This document shows, one piece after another, positions 1 to 8,852 of a stretch of 28,410 bases of DNA. The stretch spans positions 620,001 to 648,410 of the forward strand of contig BAAIJX010000009.1 in the NCBI GenBank assembly GCA_054600435.1. The letters are read 5' to 3'. How positions within the stretch are numbered: position 1 is the first letter of the stretch; the number at the start of each line of letters is the position of its first letter. The position numbers were made by a program, and so were the translations under genes. This DNA is from Neophaeotheca triangularis. Lineage: Eukaryota. The notes beneath the pieces are model-generated. The model did no database searches. It had not been told where the DNA came from and worked only from the letters and a program-made list of their open reading frames with translations.

Positions 1-360
1 CTGCGCACCTATCCTCACACGGTCCCCAATCTTTTTGATGCCCATCTCCTTGAGCGTACCCTGATCAATATCCATGAGATTCTGCCCATTGATGTTGTTC
101 CGCCGAAAGAGCTCAACATATTGCGAGCAATTGATACTCTTCAGCCAGTCTCCCACCCTTCCCTCATCCCAATCTCTCACGCTGTCACTGTTGTCCTTGT
201 AGGAGTCGGAGAACTCGCTCTCTGTTGGGCTGGTAAAGACGCCTTGACCGCTGGCAGCAGCGGCTGCGCCGGGCAACCGATAGGCATTGGTTGGGTAGTG
301 AGTGGCCGGCATGCTGCTGGAGGGTGCCGGGTAAGGTGATCGGGAAGCGAGTGCGGTCAT
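1..360 (-). CDS. STE11: MAP kinase kinase kinase Ste11/SteC/Mst11, N-terminal 120 aa with SAM domain (gene continues past the left edge)
   Basis: Manual translation from ATG at 360 (not in the ORF track): MTALASRSPYPAP...VFTSPTESEFSDSYKDNSDSVRDWDEGRVGDWLKSINCSQYVELFRRNNINGQNLMDIDQGTLKEMGIKKIGDRVRIGAQ. The SPTESEFS motif followed by this SAM domain is typical of filamentous-fungal Ste11. The kinase domain is outside the window. Confidence 0.85.
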   Translation of the reverse strand, partial: MTALASRSPYPAPSSSMPATHYPTNAYRLPGAAAAASGQGVFTSPTESEFSDSYKDNSDSVRDWDEGRVGDWLKSINCSQYVELFRRNNINGQNLMDIDQGTLKEMGIKKIGDRVRIGAQ

Positions 361-1104
361 GCTGCCGATCCAATGCGAGCAAAGCAAGTATCGGTAAAGG
401 TGAGCGCTTGCTGCAAGCTCGCAAACAAACAATGGACAACAGCACCAGGCCTTGACACGCTCACAGACTCATCACGGTAGAGTGGTGGCACTGGTGATGA
501 TCACTACTGGCCTCGCGCAGGACAGGGCGGAAGAGTGGACCTGGGGGCGGAGCTGTCACTGGCACTGGCGGGGGCGCCGGCGCGGAGGGATCGCAAGGAC
601 AGAGGCGGCGGTAGCCTTGGGTATTGTTAGGTAGGGAGCGTGTGGTGAATCGTGAGTCGTGAGTGTTGTGTGTTGGTGGTATTTACGGGTGGGCACAGGC
701 AGAGGCAGACACGGAGCTGGGTGCCGTTCGGGGTTTCTAGCGCAGGACCCGTAGGTACTTTTGACCGATGAAACGCTGGTGAATCGTCAGGGGTTCCAAG
801 GTTATAGCTGCATTGCCGCGCTGCCGACTTTCCGAAGCATCAACCAAGAAAGATCCAACACGGCGGATATGACAGGACGTGGCCAATGATTGACTGCGAA
901 CAGGTATATAGGTATCAACATAGGATTGAGGGATATCTTGATTAGGGACATGTCGCGTTTGTAAGATAGATGGACACGTGACGCGGCGCAAAAGGGGACG
1001 CGGATCTTTTGTCTCACTCTCACACGAGACAAGGCGGTCGGAGGCTAGCGTTTCAGGACAAGTCCACTGGCCGATCACTCCAAGTCATTCGCCGCCTCTT
1101 TTCT

Positions 1105-1134
1105 TTATTATTATTATTATTATTATCATTATCA
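1105..1134. repeat. (TTA)n microsatellite
   Basis: Seven perfect TTA units followed by TCA-TTA-TCA. Confidence 0.9.
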
Positions 1135-1825
1135 CCCCCCCATATTACCAGTTTCGAGTCTGACCCTCTGGCCTTCCTTTGAAGATCTTCACATCGATTA
1201 ATACCAGCCCATCCCGTCCATCTGAGGATTATCCGAATACCAAATCTCACATACAACCCGTCACCGGTCATACAAGCCGATTACGAAACCTCAAGTCAGA
1301 AAGACCCGGCACGATCCTGCGCCTTGTCTTGACCGGTACACGCTTTCCCGGACAGTTTGCAGAGTATCTGACTTCTAAAGCTCTGGACGCGGAGCAGAGC
1401 TTCAGCATCACCGGTACAGCAAAGGTGAGCACTAAGATGACGAGCATGTGTGAGAGCATCCATCCCACGGGGCGAAGGCGGGCCAGCATGTCGTCTTGGC
1501 GACTAAAGACCGGTGTAAGTGGCACCGAACGAACCAGGGCTCGTCATGCCCGGTCACTTCCTACCAGACACTTGTACGAGAGCTGTTGTACAATGAGAAT
1601 CAGGAGGTTACAAGAGACCTGAGGTGACGAGGTTGGTCGGGCTCGTCATGCGCCATTAACCGACTGCGGTCGGTGGTGTTGACACGGGTTGAATGAGAGT
1701 CTTCGTCGCTGGGTCTGTGTTGTTGTTGTTTGACCGGTTCCCTCGCCTTTTTACCTTGGCCACCCACCCTCCCACCCACCTACCCACGCTTGTGATGCTT
1801 CGCCGAGTACTAGTAGATGCCTAGC

Positions 1826-1863
1826 AGAGCAGAGTAGAGCAGAGCAGAGCAGAGCAGAGCAGA
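1826..1863. repeat. (AGAGC)n pentanucleotide repeat
   Basis: About 7 units, one AGAGT variant. Confidence 0.9.
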
Positions 1864-2680
1864 CTTGAAGGTATATGTATCTACATAGTAGGCTCTTGTC
1901 GTGGTCTCGCTATTCTACTCGTGCTTTCCACTTTGCTTTGACACTCGATACTACTAGCAACGGGGAGGAGGTTCGGCAAGACAGTACCAAGGCAATGGAA
2001 GGTAAGATTCCATATTGATGCTGTCGATCTAGAGTGAATTGAATGAAAGAATGACGTAGAAGGGCAAGCGACGACGGTGCCTGCCCTGCTTCCCGTGCTG
2101 CCGCCGTGTCTCTCAGCCACAAGCAGGATCTACGGTATCTACTAGTAATTAGGAGGTTGACTTGGAAAGAAATAGCTGGAAAGGAGCAACACCGAGTCTC
2201 CCGTTCACTTCGGGGCGCACTTCGATTGAGTTATACCTGATCAAGATCCAGCCTGTGCCGAGCACCTCCACACCTCCACACACACCCTTCTCACTATTCA
2301 CAACCACCTGCAGTCCAGTCCGGTCCAGTCGAGTCACGGTAGTACGAGGCTGAGCAGGGCAAGCTCTTCGATACTTCAACAACGACGCTCGCTGCCCCTC
2401 TTCAAGCAGCCGCAGCGCAGCCTTGAACCTCGACTCACAAATTACAACGTGCCCATCTTGACTTCAAGCTTGTCTACAACACCAATCGGGACCAAACGAA
2501 CTCGACGCCTACCTTTGACAGGCGTGCATACATTACATAGCGCTTTGCATGCAAGATAGCGACGGAACGAAACGCCTCACCTGCACACTGCACTACTACT
2601 GACTACGGTACTAGACGAAACGAGTCGTTCTGTTCTGCCTACTAACTACCACGTGGGAACAAAAGCTACCAAACGCTACC

Positions 2681-5137
2681 ATGGACGGTAACGTTGCGCC
2701 GTCGCCGCCGTCACAACCTAATAATTACAATATTGATGATAATGATAATTCGACGACCCAAATGCCACTACCCGTCCAGCCTAGCCAGGAACCTCTGATG
2801 TTTGGGAGTGGCGAGCTACCACCTCGGGACTCGCAGTACTCATCAAATTCTACCGCTTCACGCTCACGAACCAGCTCCGGTGCGAGACCGCCGCCTCAAC
2901 AGCCACAACCAATCAGGAACGCTGTCAGCAATGCATTCCAACACTCGCATACGACAAATCACCTGGACCCAACCTTCATCGCTCACGTTACCGAGCAGGT
3001 CATCAGAAACCTGCAGCAGGCAAACATCGGCAATGCTAATCCTCAACCACCCTCCCAGAACAAAGAAAACGAGCCGAGATCGCCAACACAGTCCAGTACT
3101 ACCGCTTTCTCCGAGCCACGTTATACCCCGCCCGTCTCCCCATTGAAAGAACACCATCAATCTGACCCCCGTCGCTACGCATCTGTATCTCCAGATGTCG
3201 AACCTTCGGATGATGGTGGCAGTTCCTACAGCACTCATAGCAAGGACAGCCAGGTTAGTCTCCAAAGTACAGATAGCGGGCGGAGCGAAGCAACTCCAAG
3301 GCCGTTCAAGGACCCCTCTTCATCGAATCCAAGGGCTCCTAGACGCAGCGGGAGTGGCTCGGGAGATGACGAGCCTCGTCGACGGAAAGACACTCATCGC
3401 TTCCACGCAAACAGTGGCACTTCACCTCGACGACCGAGCCAGAATTCCGAAACATCTGTGCCATATATGGACGGTGCGACTAACCCGAAATCCAGACCAT
3501 CACAAGCTCCAGAGGAAATCGAAGAGACAATTCTGGAGAAGGTATGGCAGCCTCTGTTTGACAACGGAAACCCGACGATGCGCCTCGGTCAGTTCCTCCG
3601 CGGAATCGCGATACATTTGATCGACGACTACGAGCCAACGGCGAGCCTCGTCGTGACACCAAAGAAAATGGCTCGTTTCTTTGAGGACACCAAGGTCAAC
3701 ACCGAGCACTATCCGTGGGCCTTGATCTTCGATGGCGGAATGATGAACAAGTCAATTTCCACCATGTATCGCGGCTTGCTGTGTCAACATCATCTGGTGC
3801 AAGTACAGAATCATGCCGAGCCAACCGTACCTGCTTTGACCCCTTCCGGATTCGAGTGGTTCATGACCTGCCTCATCCAAGCACATCCTGATACGGAATT
3901 CGCGCGATTGTCGAATACCGTCATGAACATGCCAATCTCCAATTCGGACAACAAAAAAGAGCGCTTTCCAAAGGAGCTGTCTCGTCGTCTTCTACCTGCT
4001 CAGCCTAATCTGCAAGCCGCACAGAGACTGGTCGCCAGTCTGGCCCATGAACCTTCCGTGACTGCCAAGTTGAGCAATAACAGTGCAATGCCGCCACCAC
4101 CACCTGCTTCTGGACCACCACCAACTTCCGCACCACAACAATCCTCCGGGCCACCGCGCGAGGAACCAAGCTTCTCGGAGCGTATCAGACAGCCATATTC
4201 ACGAACATATAGTTCTACTTTCGACGACGAAGATTTGGAACCTGCGCCTCGAATGCCAATTGAACGCGAGCGCAAACCTTACACCGCAGGAGAGGGCACG
4301 GGCAAGAATTACGGCTCTGACGATGAGCGAGACGACGAAAGACGGCCCCATACTAGCCAATACCGCCCTGCTGAATACACCACTCGTCCTCACCGTGCCG
4401 CTTCCAACGTCAACCCTCCTCTCTCCACATACGGTACCAGTGCCGGCTCCTCAGAAGCCCGCTCCATCCCGCAAGCCAATAACAACCGGCACCGCTTCTC
4501 TCACACGGGACCGCCACCCTCCATGTACAACGGGAACAGCAACATCAACAATCCACCTCACAGCAGCAGCATGTACGGTAGACCACACCGCCGCTCAAGT
4601 CCGCCTCCCCACAACCCTTACGTTCGCAGCGACCCGCTAGACCTCCACGACATCCCATCCTCCCAGTACGCTTCAAACCTTCACAGCAATCTCCACAGCA
4701 ACCGCTACGACCACCATTTCAGCGACCCGGGCACCCAAGACGACGCAAACCTCTACCGCCGCGGTGGCAACCCCACCACCCGAACCAACGACTTCGACCC
4801 CCGCGGTTACCCAATCCCCGGCCGCCAACCCCAACAACCCACAAACTACGAACCTGGCTTCCCGCCACCCCCCTCAACCTCCTACGGCACCCCCAATACC
4901 ACCATACCCCTCCCAAGCCCCTCCAACCACGACGACCGCCGCCGCAGCGCCTACTTCGCCACCACCAACCCAAATTACCCGCAAAACCCGACTTTCAACC
5001 CCAGCGGCTCGGACGGCTATGGTTCTTTCCCAACTGCCGGCGGGGGACCATTGCTCGGACAAGCGGGTAACGGTGGCCCGCCCCCTCCGCCTCCGACTTC
5101 TAACCCGACGACGGCGCCTTCGTCTCTGCGCCCTTAG
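2681..5137 (+). CDS. Conserved fungal Pro/Ser-rich protein with a central folded domain (DUF7514-like), 818 aa
   Basis: Intronless 818-aa ORF, ACC-ATG-G start context. Central block ETILEKVWQPLFDNGNPTMRLGQFLRGIAIHLIDDYEP...LVVTPKKM...PALTPSGFEWFMTCLIQAHPDTEF...ERFPKELSRRLLP and a later PIERERKPY motif match a family I recognise in Pezizomycotina. Flanks are low-complexity. The 3' end is uncertain (see findings). Confidence 0.8.
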   Translation: MDGNVAPSPPSQPNNYNIDDNDNSTTQMPLPVQPSQEPLMFGSGELPPRDSQYSSNSTASRSRTSSGARPPPQQPQPIRNAVSNAFQHSHTTNHLDPTFIAHVTEQVIRNLQQANIGNANPQPPSQNKENEPRSPTQSSTTAFSEPRYTPPVSPLKEHHQSDPRRYASVSPDVEPSDDGGSSYSTHSKDSQVSLQSTDSGRSEATPRPFKDPSSSNPRAPRRSGSGSGDDEPRRRKDTHRFHANSGTSPRRPSQNSETSVPYMDGATNPKSRPSQAPEEIEETILEKVWQPLFDNGNPTMRLGQFLRGIAIHLIDDYEPTASLVVTPKKMARFFEDTKVNTEHYPWALIFDGGMMNKSISTMYRGLLCQHHLVQVQNHAEPTVPALTPSGFEWFMTCLIQAHPDTEFARLSNTVMNMPISNSDNKKERFPKELSRRLLPAQPNLQAAQRLVASLAHEPSVTAKLSNNSAMPPPPPASGPPPTSAPQQSSGPPREEPSFSERIRQPYSRTYSSTFDDEDLEPAPRMPIERERKPYTAGEGTGKNYGSDDERDDERRPHTSQYRPAEYTTRPHRAASNVNPPLSTYGTSAGSSEARSIPQANNNRHRFSHTGPPPSMYNGNSNINNPPHSSSMYGRPHRRSSPPPHNPYVRSDPLDLHDIPSSQYASNLHSNLHSNRYDHHFSDPGTQDDANLYRRGGNPTTRTNDFDPRGYPIPGRQPQQPTNYEPGFPPPPSTSYGTPNTTIPLPSPSNHDDRRRSAYFATTNPNYPQNPTFNPSGSDGYGSFPTAGGGPLLGQAGNGGPPPPPPTSNPTTAPSSLRP

Positions 5138-5531
5138 GAGGGGCGGAGGGGTGGGAGGGGTCGTGGGAATTTGGGGGCAGGGGAGGGAGGTGTGAGTGGT
5201 TCTGATCGCGACCGTGGTAGTGGTAATAGTGGTGGTAGTGGGGATGTGGCGGGTAGTGATCGGGAAGGAGTCTCTGGTAAGGGGAGAAGGCGGAGAGAGA
5301 GCTTGGGCAGGGTTGAGGGATGGTTGGGGGGTATGGAGAGGGAGAGGGTGCTACGAGAGATGCAGGGGGGAGGGGTTAGAAGTAGCGGAAGTCGCGTGGA
5401 TAGAGGCAGGGAGTCGGGTAGAGACAGGCAGACGGGCAAAGAGCGAGCCACGGGAAACAGAAAGACCGTGAGCTAAGACCCTCGCACCGTTGCGCTGGCG
5501 TGCGGTCGCGTGTGACGTGCGGCATGATTAT

Positions 5532-5561
5532 TGCTTTTGCTTCTGCTTCTGCTTCTGCTTC
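5532..5561. repeat. (TGCTTC)n hexanucleotide repeat
   Basis: Five units, the first being TGCTTT. Confidence 0.85.
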
Positions 5562-5875
5562 AGCCTCACAACCCTACTCCTCAGTTCCTCTGCACTTTTT
5601 CTCTTTTCCCGGACGATGCGGAAGAAGTGGGCGAATTGGCGAAGATACCCCGATCCATTCTTAGTACTTTGTATTCCAGGTAAATGAATACGTTGTTTCA
5701 TGATACTGGCGCTTGGGCGGGCTTCTTCTTTATTTCTTTATTTCTTTATCTATTTTGTTGTTGCAGTACTCGATTAGGATACCGGGGTGTTGTGGCTGTG
5801 GTTTTGATATATATGGTTGGTTTTGATTCGATGAGGGCGGGTGTGAGGGGTTTGAGGGGTGGGTTTGCTTTGTAC

Positions 5876-5937
5876 TGCTTTGCTTTGCTTTGCTTTGCTT
5901 TGCTGGGTAGGTGGGTGGGTAGGTGGGTAGGTAAGTA
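5876..5937. repeat. Compound microsatellite (TGCTT)n + (GGTA/GGTG)n
   Basis: Direct reading of the sequence. Confidence 0.85.
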
Positions 5938-6120
5938 GATGGGTCCCATTCAGTCACTCCTCAGCCTTGCTTGACTATCCGGCCCTAGCCTCTACCCGCC
6001 TGCCAGCCCAGATTTCCACCGTAACCCCCACTAAATCCCCTGCTGAATCTCTTTACCATACCTTCCTTCCACGTTGCTCTCTACCACACCGTCTTTTAAC
6101 CCAAGCCCAACCCCCCCCTC

Positions 6121-6690
6121 CCCCTTCTCTCGCTCCGTCGCGACGAACACTCGGTGCGGCAGTACCTCAGCGCAGCGTTCTCCGTCCCCCGTCCCTCGTG
6201 AGCCGTGCCAGAGCTGTCACTACGACTGCGGTAGACGCCGAGACGCTGTTCCGGCAGCAGGGTGGTTCTTCCGCAGTGGCGGTGGGAGAAAGAAACAGGT
6301 AACTGCGGAGGAGTGCGTGTCCATTGTCGTGTTCTTGTTTCGTCGATGAGTGTCGGCTTTCGCGGTTTCGGGTGATGGAGTTGGGCAAGCGGTGCGTGAG
6401 CGGTGCCTAAATAGCTCTCTTTCTTGGGGCTCGTGGTCTGAGGAGCGAAGGGGCAATTAAGCCCCTGTGCGCAGATTTGGTCGGGTTCGATTGCTGGTGG
6501 CGCTCAGTGGGATGGGGGAGCGCTGAGAGGGCGTGTCACAGGCGCAATGACGTTCGTAGCTGCTGAACTCTCACTTCTGTGAAAAGAACCTCGGAGCGCG
6601 GCACTCGGACTCAATGCCACTCCCCCCCCCGCAAGGATGTTTCCAGTGCTTTTGGAAACCAGTTGGCATGATTTTGCCATTGTTGAACAT
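6121..6690 (+). ncRNA. Candidate structured non-coding RNA (unassigned)
   Basis: Hand-folded irregular rod 6189-6247/6349-6403 with near-constant pairing register and many G-U pairs; 11-bp stem 6267-6277/6302-6312; long stem 6422-6443/6589-6609; perfect hairpins 6449-6466, 6639-6659, 6664-6679. No convincing ORF. No signature of a known family found. Confidence 0.3.
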
Positions 6691-6717
6691 GTCGCAAGTA
6701 GCACCGGGCCTAGCTCT

Positions 6718-7458
6718 TCACCCTCCGCTCATAGACTCAAGGGCAGGCTGCAAAACACCAACAATCCACCTCAGTCCTCCTTCAAGATCTTGCCTCAACT
6801 CCCACGGCATAACACTGATCCCCAACGACTTGACAAGATCCCCTCGAACAACACCCTCAACATCACCATCCTCAAACATAAAAGCATGATCCTCGACATA
6901 ATTCGGCCAAACAACCTTATCAACATAACCCGGGGGGTCCTCCCAAAATCCCTCCAGAGTCACATACCCCTTCCTAGCCTCACGACGAGTCTTGGTAGTT
7001 TGAAAATCCGTCCTCAAAAAGACCTTGACATCGAACAAACCGCGAACCGACGCCATAGCTTCTGAGAAAAGCAAAAATCCATCAATGATAGCGATCCGCG
7101 TTTCCCCAACCCCAGAAACCGACCCCGCAGCCTCTTTAAGCTGCTCGACAGTCCCCGACCTCACATCAACAACACCGACCGCGTTCTGGTCTTCCTTGCT
7201 CGCGAACCCCGGTGGCGAGGTGCCGTGCTGTTTGACGTGAGTGAGAGCGCTCTCGAAAGCCGCCAGGTCGATGGCTTCGAGGCAGTCCCAGTCTTGAAGA
7301 CCTTCGGCATTGACGGGGATTTCTGCGTCGGTTTTGTAGAAGTCGTCTTCATGAAGGATGAAAGTGTTGGGGTAGATGTCTCGCAGTAGGCGGGAGAGGG
7401 TTGTTTTTCCAGAGGACGAGGGGCCGGAAATGCCTATGAGGAGGGTTTTGGGGGGCAT
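6718..7458 (-). CDS. NRK1: Nicotinamide riboside kinase, 246 aa
   Basis: Start at ATG 7458 (MPPKTLLIGISGPSSSGKTT, P-loop); HEDDFYK, DWDC, IIDGFLL, RREARKGYVTLEGFWEDPPGYVDKVVWPNY are typical of NRK1. The ORF-track start at 7569 is a GTG and probably too far upstream. Confidence 0.9.
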   Translation of the reverse strand: MPPKTLLIGISGPSSSGKTTLSRLLRDIYPNTFILHEDDFYKTDAEIPVNAEGLQDWDCLEAIDLAAFESALTHVKQHGTSPPGFASKEDQNAVGVVDVRSGTVEQLKEAAGSVSGVGETRIAIIDGFLLFSEAMASVRGLFDVKVFLRTDFQTTKTRREARKGYVTLEGFWEDPPGYVDKVVWPNYVEDHAFMFEDGDVEGVVRGDLVKSLGISVMPWELRQDLEGGLRWIVGVLQPALESMSGG

Positions 7459-7955
7459 TTCTTTTGCTATCACTTTGATGTCGATGTCGCCGTGTACCGT
7501 CAGCGAGATTGGTGTAGCTGTGTAGGTAAAGTAAGGTACCGGACTGATACAGTAATGTAGTTCTTCCACGAGGTTACGCGGGCCGTATCCCGGGAAACGT
7601 GGTGAGGCTTGGCAAACGACCCCGAGAGCTCCTCCACTTACTCAATCTCCACTCCTCATCACTACCTAAGTTACTCTCCAACCTTCATTTGTGTCCTAAT
7701 TCTTTGTTCGTCTTACTACAGTTGACGTCCCTTCCTAATTCGTCTCGGTAAGGAAAAACGACTGCAATGTGGCAACGCGATCGATATTGACAAGCTACCT
7801 ACAGCTCCTTGAAGCCAATCAACCCTTTTTAGCCGACTGGAAGAACTTCCTGCGCTCTTCCGTCATACCGCGCCAAAGATTATCTGTCCTCGACATCACA
7901 CCCTCACAACAGACCACACCACACACAACCACCTGAACACCCTTCTTTCGTAAAC

Positions 7956-8852
7956 ATGCGCACAGCACCCGCCCTCCTAGCGCTTCCCGCGCTCGCCAGC
8001 GCTCAACAATTCCCCATCATCGACCAAGTCAAAGACTGGTTCAACGCCGCAACCTCGTCGGTATCCTCGGCCGCCCCCTCCGCCGAAGCTGTCTCCTCCG
8101 CGATCCCCGACATCCCCAACCCCGTCGCGTCGGGCGCGGCCAAGATCGCCGAACTCAACGTCACCCCCCTGACGCTCGAGAACTGGCGCAGCATCCTCGT
8201 CCCGGGGGCGGCAACCGCCTCCCCAGGTCTGGAAGAATGGATGATCTTCGTGACAGGAGGGAACAAATCGTGCCACGGCCTCTGCGGCCGCGCGGAACGG
8301 GCATGGAACGAGAGCCTCGCGCTCATCGAAGCCGGCTCGTCGTCGCCCCCAAACTTGGGCCTGATAGACTGCGAGGCGGAATCCGTGCTCTGCCACTCGT
8401 GGGCCATCGGGCCGCCGACCTGCTTGCACATGCTGCTCCCGCAGCCACTGCCGGATCAGACCACCCCGCCGACCACCGTTCGGGCCATCTCCCTCAACCG
8501 CACTTCCATCACCGCGCCTGAGATCGCCTCTATCCATTTGGAAGAGAAGTACCAGGACAAACCGGCTTATGAGGGCTTCTGGCACCCATTTGATGGGCCT
8601 TTGGCCAAGGCTGGACTGTTGGACCCCGCGGGGTATGTGCTTTGGGGCTTTGGCAAGATCCCCAGCTGGGCGTTTATGATTACCATTTCTATGGTTAGCA
8701 GGCAGATTATGTGAGTTGACTCTTGCGATTTCTTGGCGGTTGATGGCTTTTAAATGCTGACTTTTTGTGATTGCAGGAGCCGTAGGATGCAACCTGGAGG
8801 CGGTGCCGCTGGCGCTGCTGGTACTACTGGTGCTGCGCCCGTTGCCCAGTAA
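7956..8852 (+). CDS. Secreted/ER membrane thioredoxin-like fold protein, join(7956..8710,8777..8852), 276 aa
   Basis: Signal peptide MRTAPALLALPALASA|QQF; PDI/TMX-like segments LTLENWRSIL, EWMIFVTGGNKSCHGLC, IDCEAESVLCHSW; C-terminal hydrophobic stretch. Intron 8711-8776 (GTGAGT...GCTGAC...TTGCAG) gives the C-terminus MSRRMQPGG...PVAQ*. Confidence 0.75.
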
